From the NCBI GenBank assembly GCA_030141605.1, contig JAQGDQ010000058.1, positions 30,388 to 94,387 of the forward strand: a stretch of 64,000 bases of DNA, written 5' to 3'. The translations under genes and the position numbers were made by a program. Within the stretch, counting starts at the first letter, position 1; each line of letters opens with the position of its first letter. The stretch is from Tubiluchus corallicola (lineage: Eukaryota > Animalia > Priapulida). Positions 13,099 through 25,257 of this stretch are shown piece by piece. The notes beneath the pieces were generated by a model. That model worked only from the letters and a program-made list of their open reading frames with translations, had not been told where the DNA came from and did no database searches.

Positions 13099-15078
13099 GT
13101 AAGCATTTGTTTAATTAGCCATTTAGTCATGCTTAAGGTACTTCTTACATTTCAGGTGTGCTGCTAGAGTACTTTCTCCTTGGTGACTTTTACTGCTTTT
13201 ACAGAAAATTGTTATTCAGTGGATCATGATTGGATTCATGCAAAATAATGAGAGTTTCTGTATTGCAGTCTTATAAGTGTTTTCAACAACTTTTTTTGTC
13301 TTGTAATGTCGCAAATTTAAAATGCAAATTGGCACTGTTATTAATTTCTTTAACTCCTTTATTGTTTATATAGTTGTTTAGCAATACTGATGTGAGACCA
13401 GAATAATATTGCCAGTAGTTGTTTTTGGCCAAAAGCACGTAATTATTTTCTTGTCCATTTTCTATTATTTTCTTTATTTTAATTTCTAAATGATATGGTT
13501 TTGTTATAATTGCAGTGTGTTATTGTAACAATTGAATTTGCATGCTGCATTCAGTTATTTACATTATGTCTTAATTATAGTTTTTTGGACCATGTCACTT
13601 TCAGTTTGTTTAACTGAGTAACATTCCTGAAAAATATTAATCATCGATCTTCGGAAGCAGGGTATCAATTTTATGATACATTGGTCGTTCACTCAATATA
13701 GGTCTAGATTATTACAATTACAAGCCTTCATTGTACCATACTTTTTTATACTCCATAGTAAATCGGGAGACAAGAAGTATTCTACCTGGGGTCATCCTAG
13801 ATATAGACTTGGTAGTGGGTATGTGTATTGCCTTGCAATATATTAGTCTCGGTCTATACTGTTTTCAATTTTTAGTCAACTATTTCTTGCACGGCCTCAA
13901 GGTACTATCTTGCAGCTCGCTGAATAGTCGCTGTGCATGCTTTTTAAAGGCATACTCATATCTCAACATCAAGTCATGTACGATGTACCACAGACGACAA
14001 TTATACATTATAGATATAGGATTTTTTCCATCTGTACTGAATCTCAAAAGCTGGTGGGTTGACTTTCTCAAAGACTGTTGTTGGAGTGAGTTAGTACTAA
14101 TTGTAATGCTAATGTAAAACACGTAAACTAGTCTTAGTGGACATGTGTTACCTAGGTCCACCAGTAATTTAAGTCATTGCATTGGACATTAAACGTTTCT
14201 GCATTAAGCTGTGTGAGAATATAGAAACAACAAGCTTGTGTAGGAGCTAGTACTTTATATGATCTTGAAATAGATGTTTTTCTCTTGAAGTGATTATGTC
14301 AAATAACACAGCTAAGTACATGTTCCAAATCTGTCTTAGTCATGTGTTGCTAGGCAGTCCAAACCAAAACATTGCTGTGATTTTTTATTAAATATGTGAA
14401 GAATGCGTGTCCACTGTCAGATTTGAAGGGTGTCATGGGAAAAGTAGGCACTGCTTCTGTCTGTCTGCATGTTGAAATTCCTTGTTCACTTCTAGCATTA
14501 CGATCATTATGGCCATGTATTGCCAAGCAGCCACAACAATGTGGCGAAGGGGTCTTTTCGTGGACCACTTGATTTCGTCTACCTGTCGAAACAAGATCGT
14601 GAGAACCTCAGACTCAGTGTATTAGTTGACTCATTAGTCAGCATCGTATTTATCTCTTTATTCTTTTATTTGTAGGAACTAGATACGCTCATTTAGCATG
14701 TTATTAGCAAATTAAATGCAATGCATGACATGGTACATTTTGCAATTTCACTTTCTTTATACAGTAGTTTTAAAATTATATTTTGTTCTGACTTATCTGT
14801 ACCTGATTCTTTTGTAGTTGTGCTTTGATTTGCACTTTGTTATTAGTGCGTAGTATTCATGTGGTTAACTTGCAATTTTAAATTTAAAGCAGTTGTGTAA
14901 TAACTTGTGTAAGTTTCCAAAATTTTTGATTATTTTTTATCAGTTTGATTTGACATTTCGGTTTGTTTATTTTTACATGTTGATCCTTCTTTCTTTTTAC
15001 ATGTTTTTGTCTGAGTAACTGTAATTCGTGTGAAAATTAAATTCTAACACATGTTCTTGCACAGTGAACTAACTGAAA

Positions 15079-15283
15079 GGACTGTTCTCAGAATTTGCTT
15101 TCTTTTTGCAGTGTCAGCTGAGGTTTCTAAACTTGTTCATATAGCATGGACTGTTCTCAGAATTTGCTTCTTTTTGCAGTGTCAGCTGGGGCTTCTAAAC
15201 TTGTTCATATAGCATGGACTGTTCTCAGAATTTGCTTCTTTTTGCAGTGTCAGCTGAGGCTTCTAAACTTGTTCACATGGCAT
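15079..15283. repeat. Three tandem 68-69 bp units in the last septin intron
   Basis: GGACTGTTCTCAGAATTTGCTTCTTTTTGCAGTGTCAGCTGAGGCTTCTAAACTTGTTCATATAGCAT at 15079, 15148, 15216. Confidence 0.92.
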
Positions 15284-15954
15284 TGTGACGTCTTGCATGA
15301 CTTTTTTACCATTGCTGTGTGTCAAGATTGCTTACTTTGCCACTACTGATCAGGTTTTTGCTTATTCCAGGTTCCACTCTACCTGAGTGCTGCACTGATG
15401 TCCGTGTATTATGTCCTAAGAATAAATTTGCCAGATCAAGTGCTTGTTTCTTTCAGACACAACTTTGAAAAATTTTCTAACAAAGCCGTTCTTATAAAAA
15501 TGCATATGCTTTTTAATGGCTGACATCGTCTAACTATTCTGCACTGTCTATGAGGAATGCGCTTCAAGACAGGTCATTTTGCCAAATTACTAATTATAAG
15601 TTAAGCTGATGATTTCTCCTCTAGTCTGAATAGACTAACTTGATACTTGTCTAAATTAAATCATAAAGTCAAGTTTGCTTCATTTTTAGTGGTACTATGA
15701 AATAAGCACTGATTGTTTTAGATTTATTATTAGGACAACTTGCATTCCTGCCTTTAACATTTTTTCTAGCATTGTTATTGTATGCTGTCATGACCCAAGC
15801 GGTAAACGTTCTCAACTTTCTAAAAAGGAAACATCTGTTACGATTTTTCTTCAACTTCTCCGTTATTAATTCACAACTAACCTTTTCTCTTCTATTTCAA
15901 TTAACTGGTAGCATGCATGGCTAGGTAACTAAAAAAATTCGGTTTGTGTTACAG

Positions 15955-16009
15955 AAGCGTCGACAGCAAAGATAAGAAAAAGGAAAAGAAGCGACATTTA
16001 TTTTCTTAA
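15955..16009 (+). CDS. SEPTIN7: Septin-7 terminal coding exon (polybasic tail)
   Basis: tgttacag|A AGC GTC... gives (E)SVDSKDKKKEKKRHLFS*; phase matches the previous exon and the Lys-rich ...LF end resembles SEPT7/peanut C-termini. Confidence 0.85.
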
Positions 16010-19000
16010 AGTCATTTGCACTTTTACCTGCAAAGGTGATACTGACAGAAGGTTTTACTACTTTTGCCTGACATTAATGGGGCGACTCATGCTACTGTCG
16101 CACCAGATACGCATTGAAATTGTGTGATTTGGTTGCAAAGGTAGTGAAAAAATTCATGTAAACGATGTGAACATGTGCAGTGGTGCTACAGTTGTTGTCC
16201 AGCTGTTTGTTGCTTATTTGGCGATTGTGAAAACTATGTAGTCGTGTCACTTCTAAGTTGATATGTGGTGCAACGTGTCAAATTGTGGACGGAGGCGCCC
16301 CATTGATATGTGGTGTCTTTTTGTTGAAGTTTCTTTATTGCTTTTATATGTAGATGTGACGATTTGATAATATGTCTTTTAGCTGACCAGCTGTGTTGAG
16401 TTACTAATCACCATTTTGTAGATTAGGCTGTTTCTGTATATTCATGTATCTCTATTGCAAAGACTACTGCTTTGTGAACTTGACAGATGTTGAAAGCTCC
16501 CGGAGTTGCATTACTGTAGATAATTTGTGCTGTTCCTTGTTTCTTCCTTCTTAAAGTTCCCAGTTATTATACCTGTTCGCGTGGCGTAAAAAGTCATGCA
16601 TGACACTGTAAATATAATTATGTAGAGTGTTTTTTGATATGAATGAATGAATGGTCTAGTCACATTGATACTGGCTATGGAATCAGAGCACATTCGAGGG
16701 GCTGTTGGTCAAGACACTGGGCGACGGCACATGGCAACTTTTTCAATTCGTTTTTGAACTTAGCTCAAAATACCTTTCTTAACTTAATAAACTAATTCCA
16801 GTTCTGATCTGGAGTCTGGAATTAATTCTCTTTCCAAATCAAACACCTCCACTGACTGAGTGGTTGGGCGGTAGTGTGAGTAATTGCCAAAAAAGATATA
16901 TTTTCTTGTAGGTTTCTGTTGTTGCAATATTTAGGAACGATTTGGCGTTAAAGTAATCACAAGTGTTGCAGACTGCACCATACTCAGCATACTATTTATG
17001 GTGCTAATGTTGCCATCTGACAGAATTACTTGTTAGTTTTGCTTTAAAAATTTCAGCAAAATTTTTAAATTTAGAAACAACACGCAAATGCACAAAATGT
17101 GTGTAGTGGGTGTATATACAAAGTGTTTGCATTTATTATGTCATGTTTTTTTTTGTAAAAATGAATTTATTTCTCTTGCAGAAAGCTGAGCTTATTTGGA
17201 ACAATGAAGAAGCTGAAGAATTAGCCCATTCTCACCTGTACGGTTTGTACATTGTAAACTTATTGATGTGTGCACAGGTACATATGACCCACCTCACCCT
17301 CAGTATTGAGACGATTTTAACCAAGGACCAATGTTTGATACACCAGGTCTATTGGACCGTTATTCCGGTGTATATTATAGTGAACAATCAATCATTTATC
17401 TGTGAATTTGATCTTTGTGTGATTCTGAATTTGTCATATCAAATGAATATAGTATTTTGTGTTTTTCGATATGCTGTATTACAAAAAATCCTTCAACTCT
17501 TGACGGCTTGGAACTGATTATTTCTGTTTTATGTCTCATAAGGCATTTTTAGACTATAAATTGTCTAAGTATTGTAAGTAATGACTGTGCTCTCTTCATT
17601 CATTCTTTACTGCTTTATTTATTACAGCTTACAAAAAAAACAGTTTTACTTTGTAAACCTGTCATCTAATTCATTGCTAAATTATTTAGCAAAATGCTCG
17701 TATTTTCGTTGCTTTTTTGCCAAGTATGTGTACTAGTTATTGCTGAAAGCAAAGTTGTTTCTCTATAGACTTGTATAGACTAATTTTATTTTGTGTAGAT
17801 ATTCGTCATACATAGTATATGTAATGTATCAAAATTGACAAGTATTGCATTGAGGTATTTATCATGGCGACTAATCAGTCTAATCGATGATATATTTTAA
17901 TTAGATTAATGAGTATTGCCTTTGTTGCTCTTTAATGTATTAGTTAAGTAGGCGTGCTATAAATGAGACCATTTACGAATCAACTTTGTTAATCAACTTT
18001 GTGGGTGCAGTAGCATTATTTCCAAAATTAAAACCTTATGCCTATAATAACAAATTACATTAGTCAGTATAGTCAGGCATTATTACAATCGAGCATTTTG
18101 CTTGCAATGAGCAGTGTCAGTAGGTAAATGTAAAAACATACATAGATAACAGTATGTTATGCTCTTGTAAATGCTGATTCTACAAGCAGCAGGTAATTCC
18201 CATGCTTTTTCCATTCTGGGCAGATATTGTAGTTCATAACTGATGAAATAATATTTGTAAATGTAAACATGTAATTTTTAATATTTGTTATGTAAGTGAA
18301 CTATTAAATGTGCAAAAATACTATTTATTAAAAAACTAATCTCTTAAATGTTAACATAACGTTTCGTAATTAGCAAGAATTAGCTTATTTCTTACCACTG
18401 CAATAGTGGAATTTTGATGTGTCAGTTTCTTGCAACACAACTATCATACTTTCTCACTTTTTTATATTATGTTCTCTTACTGTCTCTTTTATAGATAAAA
18501 TAATAACAGTAGCTATAATAAACGTAGTACATTTGTTGTTTATAAGTATTCTTAATTTTGTGTTTAATTTTGATGTAAATTTGATTAAAAAAAATTGTAA
18601 TGTGCTTCCGTTGTTGTTCAGTTCATCGCTTCCTGAGCAGTATTCAAGTATGGCAATAGATTATTTGGCAATTTTCTTTCAGTTTTATTATGACCCAAAT
18701 CAGTTTAGTCTTACTCCTTTCTTTTTAATTGTCTTATGCCTTTCAGAGGTAGTGTCATATTCTTTATATATTAGTATTGTTGCATTATACGATTTGTAGT
18801 TGCCTAATACTAAGAATTTATTGAATATGCTTCCTGTAAACAGCGTTTTCAGAATGTAAAAAAATGTTATGTGTGCATGTATAGTAATCTTGATGAACTG
18901 AATAAAATGATTTGTTTAATAAAATCTCCTGGCATGTTGAGGTTTAATTTTTTTTTGAAAATTGGAGTGCTCAAAAGAGTAAGTTTGCATGTTGTGTGTC

Positions 19001-19432
19001 TGAATACTCACCAACCTCACTTAACGCTCCAAACTTTTGCGAAACATAATATCTATGTTTGCATCGAGTGCCACAGACTTGTATGTATTAATGCACTGCA
19101 CTATAATGCCAAACTCACTTAATACCAGCCTTTCTTGCAGTCCAGAAATAGGTGGTATAAAGAGGTTTTGACTAGTTTTTAATTCATACCTGCTCTGGCA
19201 TCGAAAATATTAACTCCTTTATATAATAACATTGTGAGAAACTAGAAGATGGAAAGTAGAAGAAAAGTGACATTTGGTCACAGTGATGTGTCAATAAATA
19301 ATTTTTTTACAAATGGATGATTAAAACGTATTTGAAATGACAATGAGTTGTTTTACTGACTACGAGATCTTGCCGACAACTCTTCAATGCGAATTCAGCA
19401 TCATGATTCCTTTCACTGGTATATATAGTCTT

Positions 19433-21229
19433 TCAATACGACTGATTTGGAGGATAACCATGCTTTACTGGAGTGTACAGATTACAAGCAGCATGCTCCC
19501 ATATGTCCATGGAAAGATCCCCCTCTGTGCTCCAGGTATCAGTCTCAGGATCATAACATTCCACCAGCCGTGTTGGTCTTCTGTTCTCTGTGAAACCACC
19601 AATTAAGTACATCTCTCTACTGTACAAGACCATTGAGGTGTGATATCTAGGTGTTGGCACCTGTGTCACCACTGACCATGTGTCAGTTTCAATGTCATAA
19701 CAGTCTAGTGTATCGAGAATTATTCTCCTGCCATTGTCATCCTCGTACCACCCACCAGCTACCACGAGCTTGTTCTCGTAAGTGATGACACAATGGTCGG
19801 CTCTTGGCCGCAGCATTGGTGCCTTCTTTTCCCAAGTATTTTGTACCGTATCATAACATAGCAACGTAGCAGTAACGGAGTAATCGACTAGACCGCCACA
19901 AATAAATATGAACTGTTTCCATTCTGCTCCGCTGTGCTGAGTTCGACGTGCAGGTAAAGATTGGATGTACGACCATTGATTGTCGGTTGGACTGTAACAC
20001 TCACAGGATGAAGTGGAAAAGCCATCATCCATGTCTAAATCTGGAGGATCTACGGCACCACCGATGGCATATAGTTTGCCGGCAACCATACCAAGATAAA
20101 ATCTACACCGTTCCTGTGACATGGGCGAAATAACAGACCACTCGTCCATTCTGGGATCGTAACAAAAACCAAAAGGATGGATCTGCTCTTGGAGAGACTG
20201 ATTAAAACAACCACCAACTACGTAGAGTTTGTTTGATATCACAGATACACCAAAGTTACATTGTTCTATATGCGGAATTTCAGTTAACACATCCCACTGT
20301 TTAGTATCCAACTTGTAACACATGATCTTGTTCGTTATTCCACCAAAAAGAAAGCCACCAACAGTCACCATGCATCTTTGGAGACCACGTACGTTCGGCG
20401 GAAGTTCTTCATGTGTGGTGTCACTCATGATGTCTTCTGAGCCCACACATATGGACACAACATTCGAAAAGTGTGCTTTGGCTTGGCGAAAAATACCGTG
20501 CTCTTCTGCAATCCGTGTAATATCTTCTGGTGATATGCTCATATAGTTTATAGAATCAAATAACCGCTGAGCAAACACGATCCTGTTCACTTTGTCAAAT
20601 TTTATCCACACGATAACCATGAGAAGCACCTGTACTTCAGAGCAGTCAACAGAGAAGCCCCCGTCTAGCACTGTCGATAATTGACCAATTGTCATGTCAG
20701 CAAATGCACTCAACATTGAGAATGTGGTAAGCCTATTACAGATGAATTGATAGGTATGCAGTTCAAGATCAGTGAGTGAATATTTTTCAGCTGTGTTGAG
20801 GATCATCAAAGCAGATGTCAGAGTTAACTGCGAGCGAAGATACCTTGCACATTCCTGCACCACTTGCTGCATCTGAACGTAGTCTGCTGCCGCCAAGATA
20901 TCATTAACATTGTCCATTGTCAGCACAAGTTTTGAAGTGTAAGCGAATTCTATCAACAGCCTCAGTCCCCTTGCAGTTACTCCATCCAAATGAACCTCTT
21001 TTGTTTTACACTCGGATAGGTGCCCGGCAAACAATGCACGAAAATATTCACTGCAAGCAGCCAGTACAGTTTTGTGAGCATGCAACTCGCACCCTTCTGC
21101 AACAAGCACCACATCTAGAAGAAGTCTTTGTTGACGTAACTTATTAAGGCCCTCTAACATGTCTTTCCTGTGGGCTGCAAATTCTACGTGAGTAACATCT
21201 GAATCGCACCTTGGCCGTTTATAAATCAT
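19433..21229 (-). CDS. KLHL26: Kelch-like protein (BTB-BACK-6x Kelch), KLHL26-like Cullin-3 adaptor
   Basis: Long uninterrupted ORF with BTB (LLDVVLVAEG..HAHKTVLAACSEYFRALF), BACK and GG/Y/W kelch repeats. A splice acceptor (tctatttttatag|) at 21259-21260 means the first 10 codons of the 618-aa ORF are intronic; the first in-frame ATG in the exon is at 21229 (MIYKRPR). The KLHL26 symbol is from recalled family similarity only (KLHL9/13/26 clade). Confidence 0.85.
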   Translation of the reverse strand: MIYKRPRCDSDVTHVEFAAHRKDMLEGLNKLRQQRLLLDVVLVAEGCELHAHKTVLAACSEYFRALFAGHLSECKTKEVHLDGVTARGLRLLIEFAYTSKLVLTMDNVNDILAAADYVQMQQVVQECARYLRSQLTLTSALMILNTAEKYSLTDLELHTYQFICNRLTTFSMLSAFADMTIGQLSTVLDGGFSVDCSEVQVLLMVIVWIKFDKVNRIVFAQRLFDSINYMSISPEDITRIAEEHGIFRQAKAHFSNVVSICVGSEDIMSDTTHEELPPNVRGLQRCMVTVGGFLFGGITNKIMCYKLDTKQWDVLTEIPHIEQCNFGVSVISNKLYVVGGCFNQSLQEQIHPFGFCYDPRMDEWSVISPMSQERCRFYLGMVAGKLYAIGGAVDPPDLDMDDGFSTSSCECYSPTDNQWSYIQSLPARRTQHSGAEWKQFIFICGGLVDYSVTATLLCYDTVQNTWEKKAPMLRPRADHCVITYENKLVVAGGWYEDDNGRRIILDTLDCYDIETDTWSVVTQVPTPRYHTSMVLYSREMYLIGGFTENRRPTRLVECYDPETDTWSTEGDLSMDIWEHAACNLYTPVKHGYPPNQSY

Positions 21230-22085
21230 GTTATATCCCACGTTCCTTTGACATGCACCTATAAAAATAGATAAATGGAAATTATGCATGAAATTTCAAA
21301 GTCAAACATTGTCCATTGTTAGCATCAGTGGAGGAAACAATAACTTGCATCATGAGTTGGATGCCTTGCAAATAGATTCCGGACTATTTCTGCTAAGCAG
21401 AACAGCTAAGGGCATTTGGCAATTATCACAAACACACTAACAACTATCACAGCAGTAAGCCAATCATTCACAACTAGTCTTACCACCACAAAGCACACAA
21501 TACGTCAAGCATTGACCCCAGTTTCTCCCAGCTTTACCACATGCTTTGTTTGCTTTTGCTTTACTGCACACAGGGTTTTCTTTATTAATTTGTCTTTCAG
21601 GAAACGAACCTATGTGAATGTTAGTCATGCAATGAACACACGCAGTTTAATGCCGATTTCTAAATTGTCAGGCAGCTTTAGGGTGTACAAGACTCCACCA
21701 TGCTCACCATCTAATTAATTCTGCCCCTTATCTGTCAATTCATGCACAAATTATTTATGATTGTGACGTGCTAGTTAAGAAAATTCACCAGCAACTTGTA
21801 CACACTCTTCCCTTTCCATTTGCAAGGAATACTTAAAAATGAATACACAATAGATAATACAATAGTTGGCAAAAAATTGCCGAGCTTTGCTAACAAGTTT
21901 TTCAGTTTGACTAGTCATTTTTCTGTAATTTTATGTGAGCTGGGCAAACAACATGGCCAACAATGACATGTTTTAGTCACTGTACACGTGAATGAAAGAC
22001 AGTGATGGATCAAATTCTAAGCATGACAGTCTAGACATATAATTTGAAAAACTATTGAAGGTACAATAAAATAGAAGAATCTTAC

Positions 22086-22350
22086 CAAGGCACATACTAC
22101 GGTCCCAAACGACATTTCTCTGTTTGCCTTATAGATTTGTAAAAAGCATCTTTAATAAATGTACAGAATAGCTTTTTGCACGTATGCAATGAGTTGACTA
22201 GACTGCGGACTAAAGCTGACGTAACTCCTAGCAGGAAACTACTGAACTAGGAACTACAATAGTAACCAGCTCTCGCTCCCAATTAGAGCGGCTTCGAATT
22301 CATCGCATTGCAAGCAATGATGATCCAAGCAACTAAAGGCAATTAGATAG
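22086..22350 (-). other. Probable non-coding first exon of the kelch gene (5' boundary approximate)
   Basis: Minus-strand donor TTG|GTAAGA at 22085-22080, about 830 bp upstream of the 21258 acceptor; CCAATCAG (~22422) and E-box CACGTG (~22612) lie just upstream. Confidence 0.45.
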
Positions 22351-25139
22351 TGTTGCAGGTCAACGAGTGCTCAATTGACATTGCACAATTCTGTACTCTC
22401 GAAGTTATCGAACCCAGCTGGCCAATCAGAAGACATACAGAATGAAATAGTTTTTTGACAAACAGAACTACGGTGATGCTTGTGATACTACAAGAATATT
22501 CTGCAGATCAAATGTAAGGAAACATGGCAAAAGTACGTGGACGAATAAAAGCCAATAATCATGTCGAATAAATGACAACATTCGATTCCGAAGAAAAAGT
22601 GAAAAGAAAAGCACGTGAATTTGTGAATAATACTCCTGCTGGAACTTTAAAAAAACACAGCTATATGAGCTGGTTTATAACGTGGCATTATTACCCTTAG
22701 TTAACCTTACAACTATGTAAATTTACAGGCGTTCATTCTAAAGAGTATTCAGTGGAGGTCACTCACGCACAAATGCACAATGCATATTCACGAGTACAAC
22801 AAAGATTATTATAAACAAAATACAGGAAATATTATAGGTTGAGTTTAGGTCAATGGCATAATTCATAGATAGAGGTTAAAAGCACAGTGAGACTGCCAGA
22901 CGTTGCGTACCTTTGTATATATTCAACCGCGTAGCTGCTATTGACTTTATAAGCCCATGCAACAACTAGTTTAACTGCATTTGTACAGCGATTGTTAAAT
23001 TTTAATTGCTTTCAGCCTACTTAATTCTAGAATGGTGGGTTAGTTTAAATTTAACCGCCCAAGTGAAAGTGATTAGGCGAACCAAAACTGGAATATAAAG
23101 TCGTTAGGTGTGAGTATTTAAGTTAGTCGTAAAAGTTAATAATGTAGACAGTTAAAAAAAGACATTTGAGTTTAATACTTGCAATCGAGTTATACTAACT
23201 TACTCAACAAACAGTTTATACCTACAATACTTATACTCACTATATAAATATAAGGTATAATATGCTAGATTATTTCGATTGATTATTCTGATAGTTCAGT
23301 AACTTCGGTTCGTCTAAGACAATGGCAAAAACCGCAAATGGATAGAAAGACTTCATTACTTTACCAATTTTTTTTCGCAGGCTATTGTAATAGCCTAATT
23401 ACGGGTTGGCTGTCTTTCGACCGACCAACAATCCAACATTATGATTATCATTGATTTTAATATTGTAGTAATGCAGTGCGCGAATATACAAAACGCATTA
23501 TATCACGTCAAAAGACAACTAGGCAAACAAACTTCCAAATGAATTAGTACTACTACAATAGTTATAACACTGCGAGAACTTTGCAAAACTGCGCTATCAT
23601 AGCACTCACTGTGCGCCTCTGTAGATACAAAGCAATAAATTCTAAGTAAAACCACATATAATAGCATGTATAACCCAAAACTTGCATACATATAATGACT
23701 ACTTCGAGACGATTAAAGTTAATTACTCTACCTTAAAGTAAGTCCAATTTCAGTATTGCAAATACACAGTGAATCTAAGGCATGCTTTACCAGTAATATG
23801 AGTCAGAGCTGACCGACGTTAGCAAACTACTTTGACAAGCAGCTGTTTGAGCAGCTAGCGAAGTCATCATGCATGAAATAACACATTGTGATTGTCATGC
23901 ATAGCAGTAGTAGCACGGCGTGGCACAATGCATGGTAGCCAAATTAATCATTATAGCTGAGAAATTAAACTATATTAACACCTGCGTAATGCACGCTTTG
24001 AGCAAGGTCAGAGTTAACAATGACTATAGTTAACAATAAGGATGATTCATTCATCGATTATTATTGAATCGTTATAATATAATCGAACGAACATGGTTTG
24101 CAATGCATTTGTGGCCCGCGTTCAAGATCATATCTAATTGGACGACATTTTCAGAAAATTTGGTATAAATTAGAGCCTATGGGATACCTTTAAGCTTAAG
24201 GGATGCAGTGTAAGGGCTATAGCTATTAGCTAACACTTGTGACGAATGGATCATTTTGCATATTTTGTGAAGAGCTTTTTAAGAAGTTTATGTATACAGA
24301 TGGAAGTTTTTCTAGTCACATACATTTAATAATATTAATGCGTAACCATACTGTGGAATTTGGAAACCTATAGTTGTAAGCCCCGTAAACCTTATTCACA
24401 AAGGTTATCGTGGGCCGTCCACACGGTCATTCAAAACATTGTCGTTCTCGAGTTTATCAGTGCAGGGCTGTGTGGCCGCCAACAGAATGACATTGAAAAT
24501 TGGATGTAGTTCAAGTTTGGCGATAAAGCTGATCTTGTTTTGCGTCAGTGTCCGTCGTCTCGAAACGAACAGCCAACAATAACGTGCGCTGGTGATTCAG
24601 GTAGAACAACCCGTCTATAGCAGGTACGTAAACGGCGCGTTGTCACTAAAACAACACATTAACAAAAGGCAACAGATGTACAAAATTACATTTGTGTTTG
24701 TGTGCAGAAATTTCCGTGACAGACTGTGCGTAGGTTTCGCAGACTTGTCCTGTGATATGTTCAGGGATTTGCACTCGCACTGCGACGACTAAGGTCCTTC
24801 ATAATCTACCTTTTTTGCACTATTTACAGATGCAAACTTGGCCAATAATCAAACATATTGGCTGTTATTTGGATATAATTTATATATTCATTTGCGCTTT
24901 TGCTTTTAATTGTCGCAATATTTGATAATAAATTCTTCTTTCATTTCTTTGCCGAAGTTCTTTTGTCTTTGACTTTGCCTTCTCTTTTTTCAGCACAAGC
25001 TAAAACAAAGCTCGTGTTCACACAACCCATTTTGACACTGCACATGTATTTCAGAAAATGAAATTAGAGAACACTCCTTCAAACAAATAGTTGCGCATAA
25101 AGTAACTGTCGGTGAAAATTTGTCTTGTCAGTCTTAGGG

Positions 25140-25257
25140 GTTTGACTGTCAGTGTTCACAGTCAGTGGTTTGAATGTCAGTCTTCAGAGTCGGTGGTTTG
25201 AATGTCAGTCTTCAGAGTCAGTGCTGTGAATGTCAGTCTTTCGAATGTCATTCTTTT
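25140..25257. repeat. ~28-bp degenerate minisatellite, about 4 copies
   Basis: GAATGTCAGTCTTCAGAGTCAGTGGTTT-like units. Confidence 0.75.

Noticed and set aside
21230-21289. N-terminal extension of the kelch ORF (MHNFHLSIFIG...)
   Set aside because: It spans a polypyrimidine tract and AG acceptor at 21259-21260, so the upstream ATG is intronic.
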